DNA of 45,445 bases, from assembly GCA_009103225.1 (NCBI GenBank), contig RHPI01000732.1, positions 1-45,445 on the forward strand, in the 5' to 3' direction. This DNA is from Chlorokybus atmophyticus (lineage: Eukaryota; Plantae; Mesostigma and Chlorokybus algae). The notes below the pieces were generated by a model, which worked only from the letters and a program-made list of their open reading frames with translations, did not search any database and was not told the origin of the DNA. The translations under genes were made by a program, and so were the position numbers. Shown here in pieces: positions 1-15,931 of this stretch (the first letter of the stretch is position 1; the number at the start of each line of letters is the position of its first letter).

Positions 1-34
<34 letters not shown>
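1..34. repeat. (CA)n microsatellite
   Basis: Directly visible. Confidence 0.98.
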
Positions 35-39
<5 letters not shown>

Positions 40-804
40 TATTACTTTGTATATACACACATGCGTTTCTATTATAGCATTGATGGCATGCGCCCAAGAG
101 ATGCAGCATAGCTTATTATGGGGCTGAAGGAAGAAGAAACCATGCACAGCTGCAGTGGTGGTATCGGTAGTACTAAATATGTCCACCATGTTGATAGTAT
201 TTTGTTTGCACTTACTCACTTTGTTCACCATCCTGGCGGAATAATAAAGTATGCCTTCAGCAATGCTAAAAGAATCGGTGCGCCACAGGCGGTTTGTTAT
301 GATTTTCGTGATTCAATACAACTGCACAAGGGCACGGTCAGTTAACAAGTAGTCGTGCATGTTTGCATGCACTGCAAGTTGTGGCAGGTACTCCTGTCCT
401 GAATGGCACTGCTGCTGTTGCCTCTGTCATTCCAGGCAGTATCACATGGCTTAGCTTTAGCCTGGCCCCCCTGACCCTGGTGTGTAAGCTGCCTGTGTGC
501 TGACGCCGCTAAGTGGTGTGTGCGCTGTGTATATGCAATCCAGCAAGGCTTCAATCCATGCACGCACCCCTCAAGGTCTTTGTACGTCACGCAGCAAAGT
601 CAAGGCGAAGAGTAAGCGCATTACACATGCCACATGCGTCCCATACATCTCCTGAACCCAGCGCTAGTACACTACATTTGTGTATACCAACTTGCTGCTA
701 CCACCCTCAAGCCGCAGCCAGAAATAAGACAGCAGTACATACGGCAAGGTCAATCTGCATCATGCAGAAAGGCGGTGCAGACACTCAAAGCTTGTGCAAG
801 GTCC

Positions 805-3043
<2,239 letters not shown>

Positions 3044-3774
3044 CGCCCCGCCCGCCCTGTTCGCTTGCCTGCCCAGCAGCCGACAGGAGACAACGACACG
3101 CAAAGACCACGCCTCTTTCTGCTCCGCGTCAGCTTGGCGGCTGAGAACCACATGTACACTTACCGTTTTTCGTGTTCCGTTCCGTTTTCTGTAACGGAGG
3201 ATGGAACAGAAAGTTTTGCCCTGCGTCTCACTAACGGAGGCGATTCCCATTCGCACTCAGCCTCTCCGTTCCGTTACATAAAGTCAGTGCCAGCCGCGGC
3301 CCACAGTCTATCAGTTTATTTGCAGAACAGTCGAACCGCAAAGGGGGGTTTCGCTTGAGTCGTGAGAATGGCCGAAAGTCTGTGTTGTACGACGTTGATT
3401 GCCGTGGATGTGCCGTGGATCGCCCTTGGTTGTCGACTGCGACTGTACGACTCAGTCGATGCTTGTCGCGTAAAGTGTAGTGGACTGTCGGTCTTGAAGC
3501 TACGACAGATGCCGACGGTCGACGATTGTAGTCAAGACATCAGCCGGCATAAAGGCTGATGATCCCGGACCATCGACGGCGAATCTCCACGACTCGACAT
3601 AGACAGTAGGTTGTAGCCCCCACCAGAAACTGCTGCCAACGTAATGTGCTCTCTACTTCAAGTAGTAGCACGTTGTGCCCAACGTGCACCACTGCATGCA
3701 TAAAACTGTGTAAGCAACTCAGCTTTGTGCATGGCATTCATGCTGCACGCTGCAAGCATGAATCAACAGTGTGC

Positions 3775-5216
3775 TTACGTTTCACAGATGACCCTTTGGT
3801 TGGCAGCAGCTGTGTCTGGCTCCACTCCCACCTCGTCGGCAGAAATTATTCTCTCCGGACCAACACCCAACTTTGCAACAACCTTCTCCAAGAGGTTAAA
3901 GTAATGGTAGACCACATCCCTCTTCAATGCACATCATTTCTGCTTGTCCAATGCTTCAGCCTTGCGGGAGGTGAGGTTGTTACGCTTCTTGAAGCCTTGC
4001 CACCACTTCTTGCCAGGTATGCCTCTCTTACACAATGCTGCACGTGCATCACTTGCCAACCTCTTCCCTGCCTCGATGCAAATCTCTGTCCACGTGACCC
4101 CTCTACCACACTTGCTACGGTTGATAACAAACCAAGAAGTCCTTCTCCTCATCCTCATCAAACAGAGTTGCATGACCAGCCCCCCTACATAGCATGCATT
4201 CAGTTGCTTGCATGTGTTACAGTGGTGCATTGCATGCCAGGCATCTAGCACTCACCTATACTTGTCAAGCAGGTGGGGATTGTCACAGTAGCGTCTCAAA
4301 GAACTCCTTCGGATGCCAAGGTCAGTCAGTGCTTCAGTGATGCTCATACAGCCCTGCTTGATGGCCAGCACTGCTCTGTGAATGTCCTCCATGCTGGCAT
4401 CATAGTTCTTGTAGCCCTTGCTTCGCTTTGAGTGTGGGGTCTTGGCATTCACTCTTTTCCCCTGCGTTGCAATGGGCATCAGTCGACATGCTTCAACCAG
4501 GGTGGTCTGAGCAGCAATGCCGCAGTAATGACAAAACGTTGGGCAACCAACAACAAGCCACCCACCCTAGTGCCCGTAATGACCATAGCCTTGTGTAGCA
4601 GAGGTAGAAGGTAGTAGCAGCAACCAAACACAGCAGCTAGCCCTTGCAATGCAACTGCAAACCTTGCCTCAACTCTGCCTCACACCATCACGTGTATGCC
4701 ACTCCCCCCCTCCCGCTCAGTGCAACCACAGCAGCCACAACTCCTACACAGCACAAAGCAGCAACAACAAAGCAGCTCGCGCATTTGCTCCTCCACTCTA
4801 TGCCACCTTACACACTTTGCGCAACTCACACAAACCCGAACGCATCACCCAAAAAAGTGTCACCGCTAACTTTTGTAATTATTTTTCATGAAACTTAGGA
4901 AATTAGTTCTCTATACCAGTAGGAAAACACTGCAAACGACCGAGTACGATTTGGTATTCATTTGCAAAAGTTACAAGATCACAAAGTTCATAGCGTGTAT
5001 GAGCCTGCGTGAAGGTAGCTGCTAATCCTATTTAAAATTTCAAATCTCGCGCCACACATGTCCGTTTGACGCAAAACTTGGTTTTAAGGTGTATCACGGT
5101 ATGTACTAATTATCTACAAAGTTTGGCCGCGATTGGACTAAGGGTCAGGCAGATATTATCAAGAAACTGCCAAGTGGCCAAATTAGGGCGAGTGGCCAAA
5201 TAGGGCACCTCTACCC
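3775..5216 (-). mobile_element. Truncated pogo-like (Tc1/mariner superfamily) DNA transposon relic with one TIR
   Basis: Minus-strand HTH-psq-like segment (EDIHRAVLAIKQGCMSITEALTDLGIRRSSLRRY), CENP-B-like HTH (PGKKWWQGFKKRNNLTSRKAEALD), and after an in-frame TGA the first catalytic motif IISADEVG. The terminus GGGTAGAGGTGCCCTATTTGGCCA (ends at 5216, with a tandem inner repeat) resembles the TIR of the 16036-19810 element. Confidence 0.8.
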
Positions 5217-5300
5217 TGGCAGACTTTGCGCAATGTTTACGACTCAAGCGATAGTGGGGCTGCCCCACTGGGGCCACCCCCCCCTTTGCGGTTTGACTAA

Positions 5301-6070
5301 GAGGTAGCACGGACGGGGGTTTTAGTGAGCCGGTTTTAAGCCCCGCGGCTTGACTAAGACCTGGTATTGTCTTAACACCAAAACGCGCGACGGTGTCAGG
5401 GCTGAGTTTTAGGCCGGTACACTAAAACCTCGTACGCCTCCACTGAAACTCCTCAAGGGCACAGTTAGTGCCCACTTTCATGAATGATTAGGGTTTCGCG
5501 ATCTTTTTTGGGTTACGTCGCTACCTTTGGCGGCACATTTTCGTGTGAGGCGCTCTTGTGGTTGCGGGCAGCATGGAAGGCGTTGGCGAGGACGGCGGTG
5601 GGGATGGTGGCGGTGGTGGGGGTTGGCAGCAGACCTTTGGGGGGGGGGCCTAGCGGCAACTGGCACGCCCCTTCTGCTACTGCTTGTCAGCCAGGAGGCC
5701 CTGCAGGCGGCAGTGGACATGCGGCGTCAGGCCATGTGGGAGGCTTCAACATCCCCTCCGACCAGCAGCAACGCGGTCAGGCATGAGCTTCTGGTGGTGG
5801 TGGGTACATGGGCGGCTTTGCCATCCCCGCCGACCAGCAAGTAAGCCGTCATCAACTTACATTTGCGCACTGCACTGCACAGTCTCACTTTGACGGTAAA
5901 CTTGCAGGCAGGTGCATCAGGGTTTGCTTCACAACAACCTCCTGCTAGTGCATTTTGTGTAACTCCTGACATGCAAGTAAGCAAAAAGAATGTGTGGTTG
6001 TTGTGCTAATTGACCCGTTTTGTTTACAAAGCCATTGCAACGATGGCAGCATCAGCATGGTGCTTGTGAG
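5301..6070 (+). mobile_element. 5' fragment of the PIF/Harbinger element found at 39875
   Basis: Colinear with 39875-~40650. Homology starts at TAA|GAGGTAGCACGGA in both copies and covers the first two exons of the Myb-like gene. Confidence 0.85.
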
Positions 6071-6094
6071 TTAGGCTTGGTCGCCTGCGCTGGA

Positions 6095-6359
6095 CTGGTG
6101 TGTAACCTGCAGGTGCCTGTCACATAGGCTGAGTTATCAAAGTAGGACTGATGTGTAATTTGCAAGTGCCTGCTAATTAGGTGTAGTCACTTGTTAAGGC
6201 CTGATGTGTAACTTATAGGTGCCCGTTGATTAGTTGTAGTCATCTAGTTCGGCCTGATGTGTAACCAACATGTGCATGTAAATTATACAAAGTCACATGT
6301 TAAGGCCTGATAAGTAATTAGCAGGCGCCTGTTAATTAGGCATAGTCAACTGTTAAAGA
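6095..6359. repeat. Degenerate 53-bp minisatellite, 5 units
   Basis: Units start at 6095, 6148, 6201, 6254 and 6307 with the core CTGATGTGTAA...GTGCC...ATTAG.TGTAGTCA...GTTAAGGC. Confidence 0.9.
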
Positions 6360-6759
6360 CTAAATCATAACAATAAGGGTCTGATAGTAACGAAAGTTAC
6401 TATTACGTCCCTGTATCAGGATTACAGGCGGACTGAGCCACGACAGTCTAGATTAGTGTCCTTAGGTGCACGGCCGTTGCCAATATTTAGTCGGCCGGCA
6501 GGGAAAACATATTGCAATGTTTGCAGAGTCTGTTGGCAGGGTTTTCTGCAGGGCCAGGAGACTTGGAGGGTCTGAGACGGGGCCTTCTTGGTGTCTAAGA
6601 CAGAGTCTGGCGGGCCTTCTGGCTGCGGGGACTGGACAGCTAATGACCTGAAGACTTTTTTCATAGGCTTTTTGTAGCTTCATAAGTCTTTTGATAGGAA
6701 CGCTTCAGCTGTGCTGTACGGCACTGCTTTAATTACATCAGTGCATGACTTTTGTTGAT

Positions 6760-7240
6760 TACATTGTGCCAATAACACAGTTGCTTGCTTTGCTGATAAG
6801 CCTCCGTGAATGGCACAATGCTTTTTTGTCAACACTGGTTCCAAGCCTATTTGTGCCAGTAATGGCAAGAATATCAAGATTTTTGGCATATTGGGTTTTT
6901 TGCCAGTACTGGCATGAAAACATACAAAACGGCACTGGCACCAAGTGGTCTATTACAGTAATGGACACAATCTTAGAGTTCCAGCACCGGCTACAAGCCA
7001 TTTGTGCCAGTTCTGGTCTTAAACCGTTCTTGCTAAAATAGGCATGGAAGGCTTTGATGCCAGTGTCGGCGGTTTGAGGTTTGTGCCATTATTGTTAACT
7101 ATTAGGTCAATTCAGTGCTGGTCATGGACGGCTTGTGCCACTTACCAGTAGGTAGGTTAGCATCCATTGCTGGCACAAGCGTTTTGTGCCAGTTTCGGTG
7201 TTTTTCGGGTTCAGCCCCGAAAAGCAGGTGCCAGTACTGG
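6760..7240. repeat. Dispersed array of a short (TTT)GTGCCA(GT) motif in both orientations
   Basis: About a dozen copies (e.g. ~6764, 6851, 6900, 6933, 7001, 7081, 7133, 7171, 7182, 7227), including the palindrome TGCCAGTACTGGCA at 6901-6914. Confidence 0.7.
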
Positions 7241-8625
7241 TCCTGCTGCAGACGCCATGTGGTAGCGTGATATTTAAAAATTAAACTTGCTTACTAGCTT
7301 ACGATTATAATTGGTATAATTAGTAACCATTGCAATGTGGGGCTTGTATTGTGTGAGTTGTAGTGCACATCAATTAGGTTTTTCTCTAAATGCAACATGA
7401 CCATCTGATGCACCCATTGAGGCATTGGGTAATGAATACACTAGAAGTGATTCGGTCAAAGGTTTATATATACTACACATATGACATGAATGCGAAGGAT
7501 CATTGCATTTCGGTGCCTACCGGTATGGCGATTGCCCTTGGGCAAAACAGCCCTAAAATCCGGCAGTTTTTGAGTCATAAGCCATACTGGCCTTATAACT
7601 CGTACAAAGGCAATAACTTTTTAATGGCAGCGAAATTCGGGGAGCCGTGAAAGGCAAACTCGACAAGATCTATACTTAAATGCTTAAGTGCTTATAGGTA
7701 TAAGTGAAGACACTACCGCATGCGTACACATGTGCGCGCAATGCATTCACACAGAGATTTAAATTTGATTGTCACAACATAGGCTACTCCCTATGCCTTC
7801 ACATTACATTTTGCTGCCTATGGCGATTAGGGTTTTACTAGTGGGACCATCAACCCTTAATTGACATGATTCGCAGTCTACCGGCCTGCGACCCGCGCTG
7901 TCGTGGCTGCTTGCAGCACCGATGGGTCGAGGGCTATAAGATAGATGGAGCGGCGGTCGTGAATGTCAAAAAATGTGTTATCGCAGTATTGTTAAAGTAT
8001 CTCTATTTATTGGCTGCCAAAAGTCTTGTGCCGTTAAGAGCAACGTAATCAAATACCTCACAAGTAAATGTTGCTGGTCGAGAGAGTATTCTCGTAGATA
8101 ATAGATTAATTAATGCGTAAAAGTTTTATGAGGATAGCTTTGTAACCCGGGAAAGCCTAGCTAACAGCATAAGTATTTCATTGCTAAAATACGATTATTA
8201 CGTATTATGTACGTAGCACATACTATGTATGTGTCCTTTAATTAAATGTTAACTAATGAACGGAACACGTCATTCCATGCTGACGTGGCTTAGGGTAACA
8301 GCAAAACCCCCTCATTTGTAGCATACTTGACTAGGACGGTTGAAGAATACCATTCTTTAAGCATAAAGCGAATACCCCCGTTTCACTCTAATAGTAGAAC
8401 GAACAGCTATGGGATACATGTGAATGTGAATCCTACAACGAGGGAAGCCTGACTACCCATATCGCGCGCCGACGCACGCACCACCTCTTGGCAAGAACAA
8501 TTTGTTCTTTTCCCTATTGGTTTGTTTCAGTTTGGGGAGCGGGATAAGTTTTCCGAGAGAACAGGCGTGGTATTTGCGTGTCGTTGTCGGCTGCTTGGAA
8601 GCAAGCGAACAGGGCGGGCGTGGCG

Positions 8626-10621
<1,996 letters not shown>

Positions 10622-10976
10622 GCTCGGGGAGCCCACTTGTACAAGCCTTGCCATTTTGTCTCCACCGCCCCTATGCCGCATAGGTGCAGCATCTGCGCAA
10701 CAGTCAAGACAACGAGCGACACTGATAGGGCGCGGTGTTGAATGACAAGTAGTTACAGGTGCCCTGCCTGCTTGCTCGTTGTATATATCTGATGTGTTAA
10801 TGTGGCGTGGTTTGTTTTTCAGTGCACGCATGTGTCTGGCATTGCTGAGTCACACCATGATGTGCTCATGTTACTGTCTTGCCCATCTTTCCAGTATCCA
10901 ATTCGCTTTGGATGAGAGTGTTGATGTGTACAGAAGTGCTATCAAGCACATGTATGCGACGCATGTGCGCCCCCCC

Positions 10977-11213
10977 NNNNNNNNNNNNNNNNNNNNNNNN
11001 NNNNNNNNNNNNNNNNNNNNNNNNNNNNNNNNNNNNNNNNNNNNNNNNNNNNNNNNNNNNNNNNNNNNNNNNNNNNNNNNNNNNNNNNNNNNNNNNNNNN
11101 NNNNNNNNNNNNNNNNNNNNNNNNNNNNNNNNNNNNNNNNNNNNNNNNNNNNNNNNNNNNNNNNNNNNNNNNNNNNNNNNNNNNNNNNNNNNNNNNNNNN
11201 NNNNNNNNNNNNN
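10977..11213. other. Assembly gap (run of N)
   Basis: Directly visible. Confidence 1.
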
Positions 11214-11916
11214 AGAGCTAGTAGACACCCCACCCACCACCACCCGCGCGTCTTCAACATCCCATACCTAACCAACCCCATGCCAGACCTTAGCAAACTT
11301 CCAACACCAACCGTGTGGTTCTGTCCACCAATACGCTCTCCGCAATCGGGACATGTAGACTCTTGCATTGCACTCACCAATCGTGTACATCAAATGCAGG
11401 ACATGCATGCGCATGCACAACGTGTAGTCCAGTCAGCACGCAGCAACACATGCAAGGTGTCGTACAAGTGACATTTAGATGACCACAGGGCTACTACTAG
11501 CACGCTAATCTACTGCCTCTACGTTTGCGACAGATACCTTGGTGTATACATGCATATGCCCACACGGTGTGGGCAGGCAGGAACCTACCAAAACCAAGCA
11601 TACACATGTTAGACGCCTGTTCAAGAAGTGGAACTTGCCATCATTGCTGGTGTTTTCATGGCTGACAAACTGACAGTTATTGTTCAACAGTATTAATGTA
11701 CCTGTATCCCAATCCATAGCCTTGCCCACATCCTCGACCATTGCTCAGTAATACCTTGTTTTCTCCTGTGCGTTTACCTCCTGATACAAACTGCCCTGCA
11801 AGACCTTGACCTTGTATTGCTCTACATGTTCCGCCAGCTGATTTGCGCTTGGTACAACCTGTGTTGCAGCGGGCGTGTTTGATTGTGCCGTCACCCTGCA
11901 CAAGGGATTTTATTGT

Positions 11917-11975
11917 AATGATGATGATGTTGTTCATGATGATGATGGTGTTGTTACTGATGTTGATGATGATGA
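11917..11975. repeat. Degenerate (ATG/TTG)n trinucleotide tract, possibly the 3' tail of the RLE element
   Basis: Directly visible, ~120 nt downstream of the RLE stop on the minus strand. The tail role is inference. Confidence 0.6.
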
Positions 11976-12089
11976 TGGTACACATCAACACTACTATTAT
12001 TACTGAATTGCGACCACAACATACATTGCGTCCATGCCTAAACAAACTCGCACAACATAAGCGCTGAAGCGCTACACCAAGCAAGCAGC

Positions 12090-13228
12090 CTATGCCCCAC
12101 CCGCCAGCACTATGTCCGCCTCCTTCATTGGTTGTGTCGCCTGCAGCGGGCTCCAGCCTGGTGCGGCCCTCACAGCCGCCGCACCCCTCTCCAGCAATAC
12201 CATGCTCTGTGCTCGCTGAAGGGCGCGGGCCACGCATTGTTGGAACATGGCCACGTACCCGCCTATAGGCGTCTGGCTAGACGAGCCAATGGCAGGCCGA
12301 GCCCGTGTACAGCCTGGCGAGCGCACCTGTTGAGGACGGTGTTGAATGCGTCACTCAGCGTGCCGTGCGTCTCCGCCGCTCGAGGGAAGAACTCGTCGGC
12401 CGGCGGGGGATCCCGGTACGTTCCGCGCTTGCTCTGCTCGGCCTCCCGTGCAGCAACTTCAAGTCTGCGCCCGCAAGCGGTGATGGTAACGTCCAACAGC
12501 CAGCGATGATCCCTGAAAAGGCTCCCAGGTTTGAAGGCCACGAGGTCTGCGCGGCGGCCACGCGTCTCTCCTTCGCGGATGGGCATGAAGCTCGTCTGTT
12601 CCCTGCTCATCTAGAAGCCGCCTCGCATAGAATGACGAACGTTTTGTGACGCAAGGCGTGATGCATGGCAGTGCGTCCCTTGCCCATGAAGCAGCAGATT
12701 TGCGCCATCCGCCATAATCGTGACAGCGCATGTGCAGCGCACGGACCCGCCAGCATCGGATGTGGCAGCCCCAGATGCGTGCGGAGAGCTGTTCAGAAAA
12801 TGTCGGCGGAGATGCGTAGGGCCCGCTGAGGCGCCTGCACCGATTACGGCCGCCAACAACCGATGGGCCTTATCGTCAACGGTTGCCCCCAGCTCATACG
12901 CCGCAATAACGGCGTTGTCCACTTTGACGCTGAGCAGCGCCGCCTGCAGCGTGACGGTCACCGTGCGCGCCAACGCCATCAACGGCGAAATCAGCGGGCG
13001 CGCCTCTGGCGGCAACAAGCCGCGAGCAATCCTTTCAAAAGGTAAGCCACTCGTCTTCAATCCATCATTGGTCGCCAAGAAATCTATGTCCGGCGATGAG
13101 GTGAAACCCCCCAAAAGCCGCTGGGGCATGCAAAGCCGTGCTGCACCACCTCTTCGGAAACTATGTAAGGCCATGTGCGGTTGATATGTGTTGCATGCTT
13201 GTGCTTGCTTCGTGAAACTAGCATACAC
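12090..13228 (-). mobile_element. 3' part of a non-LTR retrotransposon with a restriction-like endonuclease (CRE/NeSL/R2-type superclade); pseudogenised
   Basis: Degenerate CCHC knuckle (CTC...DGA.LL..GQG....RH), then RRADLV...LLDVTIT...AAREAEQSKRGTY...FFP.AAETHG...FQQCVARALQRAQ, the PD-(D/E)xK RLE pattern. One stop at ~12611 and one frameshift near 12270. I could not read RT core motifs upstream. Confidence 0.75.
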
Positions 13229-15887
13229 TGCATCTCGACTGAGGGCGCATCAACCTAGCATTTGTCACTTTGATGATGTGCACGAAACACATAGCCTGCT
13301 GTGATAAGTAGCTGCTTCCTAGCCATTGCAGCTCGGATGCGATGGCTAGGAAGGCTTGTCATCCTGCATGGACTTGAACGTCCAATCCTCCGGTGTTGAG
13401 AGTGACGCTGGGGGCAGGGCTTGACTTGTGGTTCTTCAGTAAGCCGGGTTGAGTAAACAATGCCTACTCATGCAAAGTACATCAGTGCTGAACGCATAAT
13501 TGACAATTTGATGACCACACCTCTTGCCGATGGGCGAAGTTCAACAAACCTTTTGCCGGTGGGTGAAGTTCTGTATTTGCAGTTTGCAGCCTTCCGCACC
13601 ACGTTGCCATGACAACCAGAGATGAATAAAGACCAGCATGTCGCGCATCAACATCACCTGACAACAAAGCATTGTGAGTGCTGGTCACTAACTTTGTGTG
13701 GCAAAGTACGCTATACAACATGCATATGTACGCACTAAGTACCTTGCTAGCTCCCGGAGATATCAAGGTACGGTAACTGGCGGCAGTGATACGGTGGTTC
13801 ATGTGCGCAAGAAAATTGCGTCAATGTCTTCAAGACTTACGGGTTGAGCTTGTCAGATGTAACTGCCCACTTGAGCATTGCTGACATCTGGTCCTTGTAA
13901 GCAAGCTCTGACTAGATGACCTCGGCACGGGTTGCCATGCTAATGGTGGCTATCCCATCGTTGAACGGGTTGAAGTTCAACCCGAATCCGAGTTATGTGA
14001 AGCTTATTGTTAACTTGCTAACGGTATTGCGTACAGTGCGACTAGCTAATCTACGCTGCCCAATGGCAGTTGTCACATTGACCTCTCACTTATCTTCCGG
14101 TGATAGTTACAAAATCTTGCACAACTGAACATTACTAGACACCTTGCAACCAGCAACAATCCGCAAGGGAGTAGATGGGGAGAGCCCCTTAACAGCTTCA
14201 GCCAGGCATCCCACACACAAGTAGTCTTGCATAGCTAGTAATTCCTTACCACCACAAGGTGGTAATCACACCGGTTTGTACCTGCTGTTCTCCAACCTCG
14301 CACATAGAATGTCTGAGGCCAATAGGGCTTTGCCATTGGTGGCACGTATGCGCTGACCTGTCAGCACAGGTTGACTTTGTCCACCCTCGGACACATCAAC
14401 ATAGGCAGCACTCTTGCTACCTTCAAGGCTAAGCTAACGACTCTGCGCTTCCCATAAACCACTCCTGTACTGGTGGACAGTGCCTTGTGTAGCTGCGATC
14501 CACATACACTCAGTGCATAAGAGCCAACCTCATAAACACGTATGCCAGATGCTACACACACCATAACTATACGGAACCCTCACTTAGTGTTTCTTATAAT
14601 TACTTACCACATAAGTAGGGCAGGCTTGAGAGTAACTCTACTGTGCCATGCACCCTCTATACATGCAACAATCAAAGCAGGCGTGACTTCGCGTACTTCA
14701 ACCCGAGCTGAGCGTAAGTATGACACGAACTCACTCCATTCTGTACCCTGACGGTGGGTGTGGGCTTCACTATTGCGATTCGCGTGCAATGCCTTGATTA
14801 CGCTTCAGTGCAACTCTAGCTTGAGCACGAGCTGCTACAGTGTCAACAAATTATTCAAGTGCTGGTTGTTGCAACGCCTGCTAGTTGTCCTGCACCGCTT
14901 GCCTTTGCAATTTCTCAGAACAGTGTACAAAACTGCAGGTATGTTTGGCATTGAAGTACGTGCTTGCACCATTTAAACATATAAGTGCTGTTGGGTTAGA
15001 CTTGTTGAGTCCATTGAGCCCAACATACCCAGCCAGTTGTTAATGTCTCATTGGCCGATACTAGTCAATGATGCAATCATTTGTAAGAGTGAACGAGATA
15101 CAGACTCTATGTGTTCATTCATACATAAAGCTGCTGTATAATTGGCTGGCTTTGCGGCACTTGCACGCTGCCGCAAAGAACATACCTGCCGTATCGTATG
15201 TCTTGTGCGCCTGCCACTGTGCGCAAGCTAGTGCACAAGCACGTCGTGCGTTGTACCGCAATAGTCAGCGGTATCACTGCCGATGCTGCGTCTGTTGCTC
15301 AGCTCAGCGGCGGTGGCGGCAGCGATAGCAATGCACGCGCGCAGTGTTTTTAATCCCACCCACCCAATGGCTAGCATTAACCAACTAACAGCTGGGTATG
15401 TAGGCGTTAATGAATAGAATAGGGCATTGAATAGAATGCAGTGCTCTACATTCCTCAGCATTGAATTATGCAAAGAGTCTGCCCAAACTAAAACTTGGTC
15501 GGTGAAAGAGCGCGAAATCATATGGTGCAAACAAGAGCGCTTATTCAGCGGTCTTCACAACCAACACGTGATGACATCAGCAATGATGATGACCGATAAC
15601 TCGATCGAGCCATAGCGTGTGCTCGGTTACGATATATGTCCGATCATAATTGCGAAGCACGTCGATTCTCAGTTGATTGATGCTAGCTAATGACACAATC
15701 GATCGTCAAAAAAGTGAACGAGATACAAATTCTACATGAGACCTAGTCGGAAGTTCACACAAGCTGCTAGGTTTTGGCCTTGATACATAAGGCGCATGTT
15801 GCTGCTTACCGCGCCAAGCTGAAGGCCGGTAAACGTCGCGCCTATTTGATTGTCGATGACTTCTTTTTTCTTATTTATAAATGCACA

Positions 15888-15931
15888 TATCAGTGCGCCA
15901 TATATATCAGTGCGCTATAGTATCAGTGCGC
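15888..15931. repeat. Three spaced copies of TATCAGTGCGC
   Basis: Copies at 15888, 15905 and 15921. Confidence 0.9.

Noticed and set aside
3550-3590. Hammerhead ribozyme at CTGATGA (similar weak candidate near 27605-27645)
   Set aside because: There is no GAAA core with correctly placed stems. At 3556 the motif is simply one arm of a hairpin.
5253-5300. Helitron 3' end (hairpin AGTGGGGC-T-GCCCCACT followed by CTAA)
   Set aside because: The hairpin-to-CTRR distance is too long, and the TAA is better explained as the Harbinger target site.
6095-6359. CRISPR-like array
   Set aside because: The units are contiguous, degenerate tandem copies without unique spacers, no cas genes are present, and the context is eukaryotic.
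11214-11228. 15-bp match AGAGCTAGTAGACAC to ~17375
   Set aside because: A match of this length can occur by chance in a 45-kb self-comparison, and there is no flanking homology.
10779-11471. Long ORFs across the N run
   Set aside because: Artefacts of the assembly gap.
13140-13175. HSFRRGGA as a tyrosine-recombinase (DIRS/Ngaro/Crypton) motif
   Set aside because: No downstream catalytic Tyr region is recognisable, and the frame continues into a CCHC/RLE domain. It is better read as the LPxxxGGxG thumb-region motif of non-LTR elements.
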